Shown here one piece after another: positions 25,301 through 38,237 of a DNA stretch of 64,000 nucleotides (within the stretch, counting starts at the first letter, position 1; each line of letters begins with the position of its first letter). The stretch is from Azolla caroliniana (taxonomy: Eukaryota; Plantae; Polypodiophyta), in assembly GCA_043228905.1 (NCBI GenBank), contig JBHGNT010000014.1:5084001-5148000 (forward strand). The letters are read 5' to 3'. A program made the translations under genes and the position numbers. The notes beneath the pieces were generated by a model. That model saw only the letters and a list, made by a program, of their open reading frames with translations, was not told the DNA's origin and ran no database searches.

Positions 25301-27750
25301 GGATCCGGCCGAAGACGGTGAAGAAACAGAACCGGCCGAAGAAGAAGATGAAAATGATACCGGAACCGGCCCCAATCCCGAAATGGATTCGGATGAAGAA
25401 GAAGAATCGGAAGAACCGGTTACCGAAGCTCCCGAACGGAGATACCCTCTAAGAGAGAGAAGGGCCCCCCGGAGATTTCCGGAACCAGAGCACGTGCTGC
25501 TAACCGACGAGGGGGAGCCGGAGAGCTTTGAAGAAGCAAAGCATGACACCCAGAGCCGCAGGTGGTTAAGCGCCATGCAGGACGAGATGGATTCCCTGCA
25601 TGAGAACCACACATATGAACTTGTGGAGTTGCCGAAAGGAAAGCGGGCACTTCGAAACAAGTGGGTGTTCAAGCTGAAACCGGGAGATGCCGGAAACCCC
25701 CCGAGATATAAAGCTAGGATCGTAGTGAAGGGGTTCCAGCAGAAGAAGGGCGTCGACTTCGACGAGATATTTGCCCCGGTAGTGAAGATGACCTCCATCC
25801 GGACGGTGCTGAGCATAGCGGCAAGCATGGACCTCGAGGTAGAACAGATGGACGTGAAGACGGCATTCCTTCACGGTGACCTCGAAGAAGAGATCTACAT
25901 GCAGCAACCGGAAGGATTCGAGAAGAAAGGGAAGGAGCACCTGGTATGCCGGTTGAAGAAGAGCCTTTACGGACTGAAGCAGGCTCCCCGGCAATGGTAC
26001 CGGAAGTTCGACTCCTTCATGACCGACGAGGGGTACCTCAAAACGCAGTCTGACCACTGCGTGTTTGTGAAGAAATTCGAAGGAGGAGACTTTCTAATAC
26101 TCCTCCTGTACGTGGACGACATGTTGATCGTCGGACGGGACCAGGTCAAGATACGGATGCTGAAGAAGGCTCTTCATCGAACCTTCTCAATGAAGGACTT
26201 GGGTCCGGCGAGACAAATACTAGGGATGCACATCATCCGGGACCGGAGCAAGAAGCAGTTGTGGCTGTCACAGGAGAAGTACGTGACAAAGGTGCTTAAA
26301 CGGTTCAACATGTCGGAAGCAAGACCGGTCGGATCGACCCTTCCGGCAAACTGCAAGTTGTCCAACAAGCAAAGTCCCAAGACAAAGGCTGAAAAGGAGG
26401 ATATGATGAAAGTGCCGTATGCCTCAGCCGTCGGGAGCTTGATGTATGCCATGGTGTGTACGAGACCGGACATAGGATATGCAGTCGGAGTGGTGAGCCG
26501 GTACATGAGCAATCCCGGCAAAGAGCATTGGAACGCGGTCAAGTGGATACTACGATACCTGAAGGGCACGGCAAACGTGTGCCTCCGATTCGGCTCCGGT
26601 AAGCCCGAACTCGACGGCTTTACCGATTCGGATATGTCGGCTGATGCAGATACCAGCCGGTCCACATCAGGGTATGTGATGACCTATGCAGGGGGAGCCG
26701 TTTCGTGGCAGTCGAGGCTGCAGAAGACGGTTGCGTTGTCAACCACGGAGGCGGAGTACATGGCAGCTGTTGAAGCCGGCAAGGAAATAATATGGATGAA
26801 GGACTTCATTAGAGAGCTCGGTATCCAGCAGGAGGAGTACCGACTCTACTGCGACAGTCAGAGTGCCATCCATCTTGCAAAGAACGCGGCCTATCACTCC
26901 CGGACGAAGCACATCCAGCGAAGATATCACTGGATCCGGGAAAGGATAGAAGACAAGGAGTTCGTGCTGACGAAGGTCCACACGGACGAGAACGGGTCGG
27001 ATATGCTGACCAAGGTGCTCACACCCGACAAGCTGGAAGCATGCCGGAAGAGGATCGGATTGGAGAGACATCCCATGCCGAAGTGAAGGGGGAGTTTGTT
27101 GGGATTACGGTCCCTCCGGATGGGATGTCCGGAGATGAATGACGGCAAGCCCGGTTGCGGTTACGGAACCGGATGATGAAGAGTACCCGGCATAAAGCCG
27201 GATGACGAGTACCCGGTTACGGATCCGGATGCTGAAGACCCCGGTTACGGAGCCGGATGCTGAAGACCCCGGTTACGGAGCCGGATGACGAATGTACCCG
27301 GAGAGAGATTCGGATGCGGGGACATATTTGTGAATATGTTTGCTAAGAGCCCTTGAGGCTATATTTGTAAATAGCCCGAAAGTCATATATGTATAAATAT
27401 GACTTAGGGCAAACAGTTTTATGTTGTTGCTCACTTTTATGAGAAGTGAGAGCAGCCAAGAGAGAGAGAGAGAGAGAGAGAGAGACGAAGAGGTCGACGC
27501 CTCTGTGTATTACCGCCGCCTGTGGCGAAGACAGTGAGCTCAAGGTTGTTGCCTTGTAGCTTCACCATTGTACATCCCTGTCGATAGTGATAGTTGGAGT
27601 TAGAGGACTCCCGTGGTTTTTCCCATTTAGGGTTTTCCACGTAAAACACTCTGTGTACTCTTCTCTCTATAGTCTTCGTGAACTTTGTATTTTCTTGTTT
27701 TCTGGAGTTTATCCTATTCCTCAGTTGTGGCCGAGAGTTGGTCTGCAACA
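22323..27750 (+). mobile_element. Intact, young Ty1/copia element (family A)
   Basis: 654-bp LTRs 22323-22976 and 27097-27750 (one difference noticed by eye); TSD CAATG; PBS TGGTATTAGAGC 22979-22990; PPT GAAGGGGGAG; single uninterrupted ORF. Confidence 0.98.
23007..27086 (+). CDS. Copia Gag-Pol polyprotein (1359 aa from ATG 23007)
   Basis: Zinc knuckle CFHCGKPGHFRKNC; protease VVDSGAS; GAG-pre-integrase WHKRLCH; integrase DNGGEY…NGLAERMNR; RT LYVDDML; RNase H TKHIQRRYH. Confidence 0.96.
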   Translation: MEGGGSGPPGMMVLNAQNYADWKIKMEDLLIVRDLYEPIDRSEIPKGVLESEWRLLNRKAVATIRQYVDVSVLQHVANDTNAYEMWRKLSGLYERKNALNRTSLMRKIVNLKYRDGESMVEHVSTFMGFVNQLAAIKFPLEDAMQAIILMCTLPDSWENLVVTLSTSCTEDNLSLQTVKTSILNEEARRRDKEPVSDSKALLTESERGRQWNRSPQRREKSGTRSQSRGRPTCFHCGKPGHFRKNCRHYRKDNGADDTDSKKSPERNGAYRGATDRRGSDRRGQDRKGTTALAASEEEIMLITEERELNLAGVEMTWVVDSGASFHLTPEKKYFSSYTAGEHGFVRMGNEGTCRIAGIGDVWLLTSTGCKMLLKDVRHVPEVRLNLISAGRLDDEGYTGSIRNGVMKFSKGSLIMARARKDNTLYLMNARLYPEELNVAADTAGELWHKRLCHMSEKGMKRLAEDNLIPVKHVHLEKCTDCLAGKQNRTSFHSRPPTRRSAPLELVHTDVCQVETKSHGRAQYFVTFIDDHSRKLWTAPLKTKDQVLFVFKELHARVERESGKKLKAIRADNGGEYRGQFQEYCRSKGIRLEFTVPKTPELNGLAERMNRTIMERVRSMLAHAKLPKGFWAEAMSTATYVINRSPSVPLDGDTPQKVWTGKEVSYRHLKVFGCLAYVHVAKDRRGKLDPKTRPCIFLGYGNDEFGYRVWDPVDKKIFRSRDIIFMEDKTLADLESEKKMKSSKSTGEDKLYEEQSRPARDRLALEDPAEDGEETEPAEEEDENDTGTGPNPEMDSDEEEESEEPVTEAPERRYPLRERRAPRRFPEPEHVLLTDEGEPESFEEAKHDTQSRRWLSAMQDEMDSLHENHTYELVELPKGKRALRNKWVFKLKPGDAGNPPRYKARIVVKGFQQKKGVDFDEIFAPVVKMTSIRTVLSIAASMDLEVEQMDVKTAFLHGDLEEEIYMQQPEGFEKKGKEHLVCRLKKSLYGLKQAPRQWYRKFDSFMTDEGYLKTQSDHCVFVKKFEGGDFLILLLYVDDMLIVGRDQVKIRMLKKALHRTFSMKDLGPARQILGMHIIRDRSKKQLWLSQEKYVTKVLKRFNMSEARPVGSTLPANCKLSNKQSPKTKAEKEDMMKVPYASAVGSLMYAMVCTRPDIGYAVGVVSRYMSNPGKEHWNAVKWILRYLKGTANVCLRFGSGKPELDGFTDSDMSADADTSRSTSGYVMTYAGGAVSWQSRLQKTVALSTTEAEYMAAVEAGKEIIWMKDFIRELGIQQEEYRLYCDSQSAIHLAKNAAYHSRTKHIQRRYHWIRERIEDKEFVLTKVHTDENGSDMLTKVLTPDKLEACRKRIGLERHPMPK

Positions 27751-27860
27751 CAATGTAGAGAGTGCCCTAGCCATGGCTTCTAAGCGGTGTAGCTCACGTT
27801 CCCTTATTTTCATTATTGCTTCCACACCACGTCGAGTTGCTTTGAAACCCGGCATGCGAG

Positions 27861-30800
27861 TGTAGAAAGTAGCGTGCGGAAGCAAGTATGAAGACAGAAC
27901 AGAGGAAGGAAACTCAGGTTCAATGGAGAGCTTAGGCTTACACGGTATACGTGGGAGAGACAGAGAGAGAAACACAAAAAACTATATTCAACAATAATAC
28001 TCAATCTCTGTACATAAGACGTGCTCAGTGAGCACTTTTATACAAGTCCTAAAAGGACTGACCGAAGTACTGACAGTACTTCAATGCTCATCAAGAGCCC
28101 CTACACTAACTCCCAAATATATTCCTCATGGAATATCTTTCCTAACGACCTCCCGGTTTATGTACTCGGCCTAACCGATCGGTCCCAACCGATCCGGTCC
28201 TCGGCTTCTTCAGCCGATCCGGCCGATGTTGAGCTTGTCTCTCAACACTCCCCCTCAAGCTCAACTTGAGGCTCTTCGGGATCTTCACAGCACCGGTTCC
28301 TCCTGGCTTCTCGCCTCGCTCGCGCTCCTCGACCTATTCGACTCCGCGCGCTTCGACCCTTCTGGTCGGTTTGTCTGCTCATGCGGCCCTTATCAGCTCT
28401 TCTCCTGTTGCGGTGTTGACGCTTCTCCTGCTGCCTTTTCTTCCGCTTGGGCCTCGGTTGATTCAACGTGTCTGAATCAAACATCCGAACCGACTCGGCT
28501 ACCTCCGATCGGTCTTTGCTCTCGTCCAAGTTGGCTGTCTCCAACTCGTCTTCGGTCTTCTCGCCCTCGATGGCGTTATCTTCCCCATGCGCGGTTGGCT
28601 TCGGCTCTCTCCTTCGGTTGCTCCCCTTCTATCCTCTTCCGAACTTTTCCACTGGTCCGCCCTCGGCTTCTTCAGCCGATCCATCTTCAACCGAGTCAAC
28701 AAACGAGTCAACCGACTCGGTGTCATGGTCACCGCTCCTTTCCTGCTGCCTTGCTTGGTCGTTCGGGACTATTCTCCCCCTCAAGCTCGGCACGTCGAGG
28801 TGACGCAACCCGAGCGTACCTGAGAATTGCCGCAACTTGTCCAGACCAAGAGGCTTTGTGAAGATGTCGGCAGTCTGCCGATCCGTCGGAACGTACTGAA
28901 GTTCGACTTCACCGGAAAGGACACGCTCACGGACGAAATGGTAATGCACCTCAATGTCCTTGGTTCATGCGTGAAAGACGGGGTTCTTCGCGAGTTGGAT
29001 GTTGCTAAGGTTGTCGCAGTAGATCGTCGTTGGATCGGACACCTCCTCTTGCAGGTCCTTAAGTAGCCGCTTCAACCATATGGCTTCGCATGTCGCGACA
29101 GCCGCTCCTCGGTACTCAGCTTCGGTGCTCGACAGTGCAACTGTCGGCTGCTTCTTACTGCTCCACGCGATCGCGGCATTCCCGAGGGAGAACGCGTATC
29201 CAAACGTGGATCGACGATCGGCGGCGTTGCCAGTCCAATCAGCATCGGTGTAGCTGACTAACTGCGCGACTGTACCGGTCCGATATAGCAGTCCCCGGTC
29301 CTTAGTGCCGTTGACATACCGAAGTATGGGTTGCGCACACTGAAGGTGCTCCTCGGTAGGTGGCGCCATGAACTGACTGATCACCCCGACCGGATAACTG
29401 AGGTCGGGTCGGGTGATGGTCAAGTATATAAGGCTTCCGACAATTTGTCGGAATCTCGTCGGGTCGCATACCTTTCCCGTATCGGGACGAAGCTTGAAGG
29501 TTCTCTCCAGAGGAGTCGAGATGGACTTACAGTCGGCCATCCCGAGTTTGAAGAGCATACTCAGCACGTAGTGACGTTGGCTGATCAATATGCCTTCGGG
29601 GGTACGGATCACTTCGATCCCGAGGAAGTAATGAAGGTCCCCCAGATCCTTCATGTCGAACGATGCCGCAAGTTGGAGCTTCACGCGATCGATTTCACCG
29701 AGGTCGGCGCCAGTGATGACCAAGTCATCAACATACAGTAAAATACTAACCGGTCCGAGTCGACCTTTCCGGATGAACAGGGAAGAGTCCGATTTTGACG
29801 TGACAAAGCCCATCCGACGCAGTTGTTGCGTGATCTTCGCGTTCCAGGCGCGCGGGGCTTGCTTCAGTCCGTAAAGGGACTTCTTCAGTCGACATACTGC
29901 CGAGGAGTTCGTTCCGGAGTGAAATCCAGGGGGCTGTACCATGTACACCTGTTCCTCAAGGTCACCTTGCAGGAACGCATTCTTTACATCCATATGATGT
30001 AAGTGCCACCCCTTGGCCGCGGCTACTGCGAGCAAAACACGAACGGTTGTCATTTTTGCGACCAGCGCAAACGTCTCATCGTAGTCGATGCCGTGTTTCT
30101 GCGCGTAGCCCTTTTCCACTAGCCGAGCCTTGTACCGGTTGACCGAGCCATCGATGGTGTACTTGACTTTGTACACCCATCTACACCCGATCAGCTTCAC
30201 ACCCTTCGGTGCGTCAACCAGGTCCCAGGTCTCGTTCTCCGCCAATGCGTGCATCTCTTCCTCCATCGCGGCGCGCCAATTCGCATCCTTCGCCGCTTCT
30301 GCGTAGCTCTCCAGCTCACGCACTTCCGCTACATGAGTAATGTGCGCATAATGATGCACCATGTACTCATTGTATCCGAACCGCACAACTGGGTTCTTCT
30401 GGCGGGTAGATCGGCGTAATCTCACATTAGCCGATGTCGAGGCCTTCTCGGTCGACGCGGTCTTCATCTTTAAAGACCCGTCACCCATTCCCTCAGAGTC
30501 GGACTCGCGTCGGTCTGACTCGTTCCTTTCCATGCCGGAATCCGACACCTTCTTCTTCCCTTTCTCCTTGCGCGTAAGCCGTCTACTCGGCTTCCTGCGC
30601 GGGGATTGCACGACCGAGTCTCCACTACTCGCTGGCTCTTCATCGGACTGGTCGTACCGACTCAGTCGTCCAATTGGTCCACTTAACCGGAGTGAAATCG
30701 GACTCTCTTCGCGGGTCTCGATTTCTGGCTCATCCGGAGGCATCTCAGCCTCACTGACCTCATCGTCAGAACTCATATTGGAGTCGGGGTTCCGAGTCGA

Positions 30801-33526
30801 GGGCAGGTACCAGGACGCGGACTCGTCAAACACAACGTCGCGGCTGACACGCGCTTGTTTGGTGCGAGGGTTATAGCACTTATAACCCTTCTGCTCGTTC
30901 GAGTAACCGACCAAGATGCACTTCTCGGCCTTTGCGTTCAGCTTCCTCCTTTTCTCCTTCGGTACATGCACATACGCAATGCTACCGACCACCCTCAAGT
31001 GTCTCAAGTTCGGCTTTGTTCCGAAATATAGCTCGTGCGTCGACACTTTGTCTCCAATCCGGTTCTGGATGTATACCGCGGTCCTTACCGCCTCGGCCCA
31101 GTAGAACTTGGGCAAGCTCTTCTCCTCCAGCATTGCCCGTGCCGCTTCCACAACTGACCGATTCTTTCTGTCGGCCACGCCGTTCTGCTCTGGCGTGTAT
31201 CTACAACTGAATTCGCGCCGAATTCCCATTTGTTGTAGGTAACCGTTGAATTGACTAGAAAAGTACTCTTTCCCGCCATCCGACCGTAGACACTTGATCT
31301 TTCGTCCCGTTTCGGCTTCCACGAACCCTTTGAGGTCCCAGAAACAGTCGAAGACTTCGCTCTTCCTCTCAATGAGGTAGATCCATGTGTGCCGCGTGTG
31401 GTCGTCGATGAAGGAGACGAAATATCGGCTCCCACCAAGACTAACATTTTGTGCCGGCCCCCACACATCCGAGTGTATAAGGTCGAGCTTGTTCCGGCTC
31501 CGGTTTCGCTCGTTGGGGAAAGGAAGTCGGTGTTGCTTCCCGAGCTGGCAGGCTTCACAAATTTGTGCCTTTCGGCCACTAAACTTGGGCAATCCGAACA
31601 CTACCTATTTCGATTGCAGATCTTGAAGCCGCTGGTGGTTGACGTAGCCTATCCGCTTGTGCCACAAGTCGATGTCTGACTCGGTCTTTTGTCCCTTCGC
31701 GAACATTGCGGTGCCGCCGTCAGTGGAGTCGAGGATGAACATCCTCCCGTCTCTGCGTCCTTGCGCAATCACATGGCCTTCTTCCTCAATGAAGCACCCG
31801 AGGTGTGTAAACCGAACCTCCATCCCTTGGTCGACGATCTGTCCGACCGAGACCAAGTTCTTCGTGATTGTCGGAACGTGCAGCACGTTCTTGAGTTTCC
31901 CTTTCTGCCCGACATGGCTAAGGGGAACTTCTCCGACATTCGCGATCGGATGCGGAGTGTCGTCTCCTATTGCGACTACTCCAGGTTGTATCGGTTTTTC
32001 AAGGTACGAGAACCACTCCTTATGGCTCGTCATGTGGTTTGACGCGCCGGAATCTACGTACCACACCTCGTCCAATCTCGGGGTGCTCAGTTTCATTGAG
32101 TTTGCTTCGTGTCTCGTCACGAAGACAGACCCTTCTCCGGCTCTCCCGGAGTCTTCAGCGTACTGCGATTGCTGCCGATTTCCCTTGTCGGTATGTCTGG
32201 AGCTGTTCCCGGAACCAGTTCTCTCCGAATCGGCACGCTTCTTCCACCACTCACTTTCCCTATGGTCTTTCTTGCCACAGTACCAACACTCCGCGATGGC
32301 CTTCCCTTGCCGGTTCTCATCGCTTCGACTCCCCCTATTTCCGGAGGGTCCGGAGTTGCTGTCGGCATCACTTTGGTGCCTTCTTCCTTGATCACGTCAG
32401 ATGCCTCCATTGCGCGCCGACTCACCTCGTCCGCCACGACCACGGGGCCTTTCTCCCTCTGTGTACAACATCTTGCTGTCGGTGTGCGTGCTCGTCGACG
32501 CACCCGCGTGGTTCTCCTCTACCAAGAGCATCGACTGTAAGTCGAAAAAGGACAGCGTATTCTCCCGGGTACACACGGCCGTTCGGAACGCTCTGAACTT
32601 CGACACCAAACCTCCGAGACAGATCTGGACCATCTCGCTCTCCTCGATGTTCACCTCTATGGAGGCGAGCGAGTCGCAGATATCCTTGATCTTCGAGGTA
32701 TAGTCCGCCACCGACAAGTCGCGTTGTCGTAGGTTGCTCAACTCCTGTCGGAGCTGAAGCTTCCTAGCTATGGTGCTTGTGGCGAAAATCTTCTTCAGAT
32801 TTTCCCACGCACCCTTCGGCGTCTTTGCATCCCGAACATAGCTCAATAGTTTTTCGCCCACACATGACGCGAAGCAGTATAATACCCTGCTCGCCGATTG
32901 CTCCCACGACGGGAAGTCTCTGTGTGTCGATTCGGGTGCCGCGTCATTAGCTCCTTCGACATAACTCCAGTAGCCGTGCCCGAGCAAGTACTGGTGCATC
33001 TTGTAGGACCAAGAGGCGTAGTTGGTTCTGTCGAGCTTCTCTGTTGGAAGCGAGCTCGCCATGCCTCTATCCATCGTTCTTCTTGTTCTTCTTCGTCAAG
33101 CTGTGTCGGTTGCAGAGAGGTTCTCAACCCTCGCGCTCTGATACCATGTAGAAAGTAGCGTGCGGAAGCAAGTATGAAGACAGAACAGAGGAAGGAAACT
33201 CAGGTTCAATGGAGAGCTTAGGTTTACACGGTATACGCGGGAGAGACAGAGAGAGAAACACAAAAAACTATATTCAACAATAATACTCAATCTCTGTACA
33301 TAAGACGTGCTCAGTGAGCACTTTTATACAAGTCCTAAAAGGATTGACCGAAGTACTGACAGTACTTCAATGCTCATCAATACACTAACTCCCAAATATA
33401 TTCCTCACGGAATATCTTTCCTAACGACCTCCCGGTTTATGTACTCGGCCTAACCGATCGGTCCCAACCAATCCGGTCCTCGGCTTCTTCAGCCGATCCG
33501 GCCGATGTTGAGCTTGTCTCTCAACA
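27861..33526 (-). mobile_element. Full-length copia-B element with nonsense mutations
   Basis: LTRs 27861-28247 and 33147-33526; PBS TGGTATCAGAGC ending 33146; PPT 28248-28258; imperfect TSD GCGAG/CCGAG; gag-pol broken by stops near 32397, 31605 and 28965. Confidence 0.96.
28629..33074 (-). pseudogene. Copia-B gag-pol pseudo-ORF with acidic C-terminal extension
   Basis: ORF pieces 32397-33074, 31605-32120, 28965-31601 and 28629-28949 lie in the same frame, separated by stops. Confidence 0.9.
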
Positions 33527-36500
33527 CCGAGGACGTCTGGTTCTTCTTTGGTTTTCTGCCTCATCAAGGGAAAGGTCGAGTGGTGCAAGCGTGTCGACAT
33601 TTGTTGGCTCCCCCTGTTCCTGAAAAACTTCATTTGTCACATGTTGGTGAACATTAGCAACATTATTGTCAACATTTTGTAACTTATTCTCTCTGTGTTG
33701 TTTTAGCTCTAGAATGTATTTGCCTAATTTCTTTATATCTAGAGTATCGAATAGTTTGGGGAGGGTGGGAGAGGAACCAAGTATGTCTTGGTATTTTGCC
33801 CTTATCTCGGCGTAGATTGGGCACTTGCATATAAAGTGATACTCATCCTCTATCTCTATGTGACATAACCTACATATCCTTTCCTCCCTAGGGACTCCAT
33901 TAGTACGGCCATTCTCAATCTCAAGTTGGTGAGATGATATTCTAAGTTGTCCAATGGCAACCCTTAGTGCATGTGGTAAGAATACATCTAGATATTTTGG
34001 CCGCGTGATAAAACCTAACTCAAAGAAGTGCATGAAGTGTTCCTTATAGTACAACATTTTAGATGGGAGTGGCTCTCGTGGGGTGATCCATTTATACCAA
34101 GTGTAAATTTGCCAAATGTCTTGGCGTATTACTTTATTGCGGTCCTCATGAGAGATTAAAGTGTTATCAATCGTGTGGTTGTACCTAAGGGGAGGTAGGT
34201 TATTAATGTCTAGACCATTCACAAGAAGCCAACTCACCATCATCCCATACCATGAGCTAGTATAGCCGGACTCATACAATGATCGAGAGGCCTTAAAGGC
34301 TTGATGAGATATTCTATCATGTGGTTGGCTATGTATCCTATGAAGAAAGACTACAAGTTGGAAAAGTGCCTCTACTAACATTGGGGGTAACGTGAACTCA
34401 GTCCTAATAATTTAATGTGGTACTATCGATTTGCTTCGGAGTTGGCGTGATAACATCGTCACCAATGCTCTCTCTAATTGCATCCACATGAAAGATGGTA
34501 ATCCTGGAGCCCAAACCGTTGATGCATACATGAGGGAGGGGGTCACTAATGAGTCAAAGAGCCAACCTTTCGTCAGTGGCTCTTGAAAGTATGCTTGGTG
34601 GCATTGTCTCTCTAGGAGTGAGAGGGATGCATGTCCTCTCGTAAGTCTATCCTTTGTTGCATGTGTCATCGAGAATTTACATGAGCGAGCACTGAACGTG
34701 ACTCCGAGATACATGTATGATCCAACCTCCTCAATTGGGCTATGGGAGATAGTTAGGTGACACTTAGCTCTAACTTGGGCCGATGTGTGGAAGATAAGGA
34801 CTTTATTTTTCCCTAGATTCACTACCGATCCTCGTTGTGCACAAAAGTCATCTAAGGCATTAAGGTGCCTTTGTAGGTCGTGTTCGGATTCAGAGAGCAA
34901 AACAATGTCATTCGCATAGAGCAAGATACGAACCTGCGTATCCCCAAGGACTACTCCGTTGCCTCCCTTACGAGCAATAAAATATGTGATCTCATCAATG
35001 TAGATCCCAAAAAGTGTCGGTGAGAGGGGGCAACCTTGTTTTACACCAATAGTGCTAGTGAAACAATTGGATAGGCCACCTGGGCATCAGACACACCCAG
35101 ACACTTGTTCATATAGTGCGTAGATGGCCCAGACCATGTCATCTAGTATCGTCAAGCTTTTAAGCCTATCAAACAACCACTCTCTAGGGACTGTGTCAAA
35201 GGCCTTGCGGAAGTCCACAAAACAACAATATAATTTCTTCTTGCGAGCCTTAGTTTGGTAAATTAAGCATACAAGTGTGAAGATATGATCAATGGTGGAG
35301 AAGGCTTGTCTAAAGCCAACTTGTTCAGGTGCACGAAGATTTAGGGTCTCCATATAATCACTAAGCTCTGCTTCCATTACTACACCATATAATTTAGCAA
35401 GGGTATGACCTATCATAATGGTCCTATATGTATTTGGGTCCATGGGGTCCCCCCCTTTATGTATGGAAAACCCTCCCCAAGGGCACGATTGAAGATTAGA
35501 GTTAGCAAGGGAGCTAGGCACTCTCTCGTATATATAATGTGTTCTGCTCGCAATCCTGTGTGGTCCATGGACTTCCTATGTTGTAATTTCTTTATGACCT
35601 TCGCGACCCTAGAGGTCGTGAAAAGTGTCCCCACGGTAGGTCGGGGTGTGGAAGGCATTGGAATGGGTGGTTGGTTTGGGATTTGGTAAAGTCTCTCTGT
35701 ATATGTGTGCTAGGTTTCGGGATCCTCGACGGGTGTTTGTGGTCTTGTCTCTCATAGTCTCTTCCATGCCGTGGCGCAATCGCTACTCATGAGCATATGG
35801 TAGAGTTCCCAAAATTGGGATGCCTCCCACGCCCGTCTCTTATGACATGTCAACTTGCGCATTTCTTTGCAAGCTTGTATTGAGGTAATACTACCATTGA
35901 GTTGTGATACTGTAAGTTGTTTATGTAAGTCCCTACAATCCTCATCATACCATTTATTTTGTGGCATAGATCTTGATCTAGCTTGATTTGAGTGTTTTGT
36001 ATATGGGAAACTACTAGTTGCTCCGGAGTGAAGGATGTGTGTGAGTTTCGTACTAAGGCTTTCTAAAGGTAGGGAGGGATCAAGGGAGGAGAGATGGGCC
36101 TGAACATGTTGAGAGTATATGTCAGAGAGCTCATGTGTGAAATGTATTGTGGTGTGATGACGTGGTTGACTAGAGTTGGTGACCTTAGAGATATCACATT
36201 TTAGCTCGAAGTATAAGAAACTATGGTCTGTGCCAATAGGGCATGGGGCCACCTGGAAGGAGTTAAGCATGTGGGTAGCTTCAAGGCGTCCTATTAGATA
36301 ATCAATTATGCTTTCCCCTCCTCCATGTGGGAAACATGTGAGCTCTTCCGAGCCCGGCCACTTGGCTAAACCATTATATATGACCATCCGATGCCGACTA
36401 CCAAGTTCGAGCAGATGACGGCCAAAGCTCGTGGCGTCTGCACCTTGATCCTTTGATCTACGTGCGGTGCCTATGTCTAAAGGATCGACATTTACCATTT

Positions 36501-38237
36501 CTAGGTTTCTATTCATCTGAAATACTGTGCATTGTCGGGATTGGGTTCTCGCATTGAAGTCTCCTACAAGGAATACTTCTCCTTGGGAAGAATATCGGAT
36601 TATGTCATCCAAAAGAGGTTCGTATGGGGAAGGCCCATGTGGCATTCCTTCATCGACTAATCTCGCCAAGCCAGCAATATTATAACGAGATCCTTTTGGG
36701 GGAAAGTAACAAATGGCGAAAAATACTACCTGGTCCTTGCTTGTGGAGACTTTCACCCACATAAAACGAGCTTCTGGGTCTGTCCTCAGTATTTCTATCC
36801 TATTATTTAGCTCTCTACGAAACAATATTGCGACACCTCCAAATCCCCTGGTAGTGTGTCAACGTGAGGTTTGTTTAAAAGCGGACTCCCAACGGAATCC
36901 TTCGACCCATGGGAGTCCTCTATTTGGGCTTTGGTGTGTTTCTACCAAGAAAAGTATATCTGATGCCTTTAATATCTCCTCTAGGTGGCCGGGGTGTGTC
37001 CAAAGTGCGTCGTTACAATTCCATAAGGTCATCCTAAGTGCATTTTCTGTCACATGGGTCACACGCCATCAATTAGTAGTGCGATCATTTATGATCACTC
37101 GCCCGTCTTGGTAAAAGGCGCGATGCCCTTCTTTACGAGCTTGCATAACTCGTGGCATACAACTCTTGTGATGCTCAATTTGCATCTTAGTGAGGTCTTC
37201 ATCGAGATAGATAGGGTCCCCACCCAATCCTCGAAGAATTGGTCTCTTCTTAAAGAAGGTGATTCTAGAGTCTAAGTCTTTAAATTGAAGGACTAAGGCT
37301 CTCTTCCTAGTTGTGTCACGTCCGGCCCTCCATGCTTTGGTGATAGGTAGGGCCACTGTATACCCTAACATGTTCCCAATTGTTTGTGCATCCTCATCTG
37401 GGGATGCACCTTCCTTGAGCCCAGTGACACGCACATTTAAGCGTTAGGCCTGGTGCATTTTCTCTTCTTCAAGGGTGGTATTAACAATATTTTCATCTTT
37501 TATTTCTTTTTTAATGTTTCTTTTAACCACAAATATTGAGAGGCAAAAACTTCTACTATTTCTATATATCCATTCATGCCCCTTGGGTGGAGTTATATAG
37601 GTACATTACATGAGGGTTCCAAATCAAGAACATACAATGGGGTTTGTAGGTTAGTTACATAACCTTGTAACAACCTAGACCCACTTTACCATATTAATAT
37701 ACTCACACTTATATACACATTTGCACATACACTTAAACATGATTTTAATACAAAGACTTTACGTATCTATCCACGTACCAACACACTACACTCATACGCT
37801 TTCAATCCCACGGAAAACACATATGGCACACCCGTGGGACAGTGCCTTGCACGGGTGAACCCATATGCCTTCAATAACACAAACATCAGTCCTTGGACCA
37901 GAACTTACGACCGGAACTCCCTCGGTCTTCTCCTATTGCGTTGGTCAGAACTCCATCGACCGGAACACACGTAACACGAACACAAACTCAACGACGCGAA
38001 CATCTCGTTTGGTCGGAACATCCGCGAACATAGAAACTTCAATAGTCCTTTTTTTTGGTCTTACAATGATGTTTTGTGTATGTGTGTGTGTGTTTGTTTT
38101 ATTTTATTTTATGTGAGTTATTGTGAGTTTTATTTTATTTTATGTGAGTTATTGTGAGTTTACAAAATTTTAAGATCTACCCTCATGTTTTATATTTTTT
38201 ATATTTTTTTTTGAAATTCTATTTGTTGCCCTCAAGT

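Larger units (their letters stand above)
22062..37528 (-). mobile_element. RTEX-like LINE (ORF1 + APE-RT-CCHC ORF2), degenerate, split by two copia insertions
   Basis: ORF1 37069-37434; APE 35752-37062 (WNCN, LVETH, GDFNAR, IDY, TDH); RT FVDFRKAFD, QGCPLSP, LYAND; CCHC in 33527-34381; ORF2 tail continues through 27756-27860 and 22250-22322. Clade assignment is by motif only. Confidence 0.85.

Noticed and set aside
23282-27148. Many antisense and alternate-frame ORFs over copia pol
   Set aside because: Expected shadow ORFs of GC-rich coding sequence.
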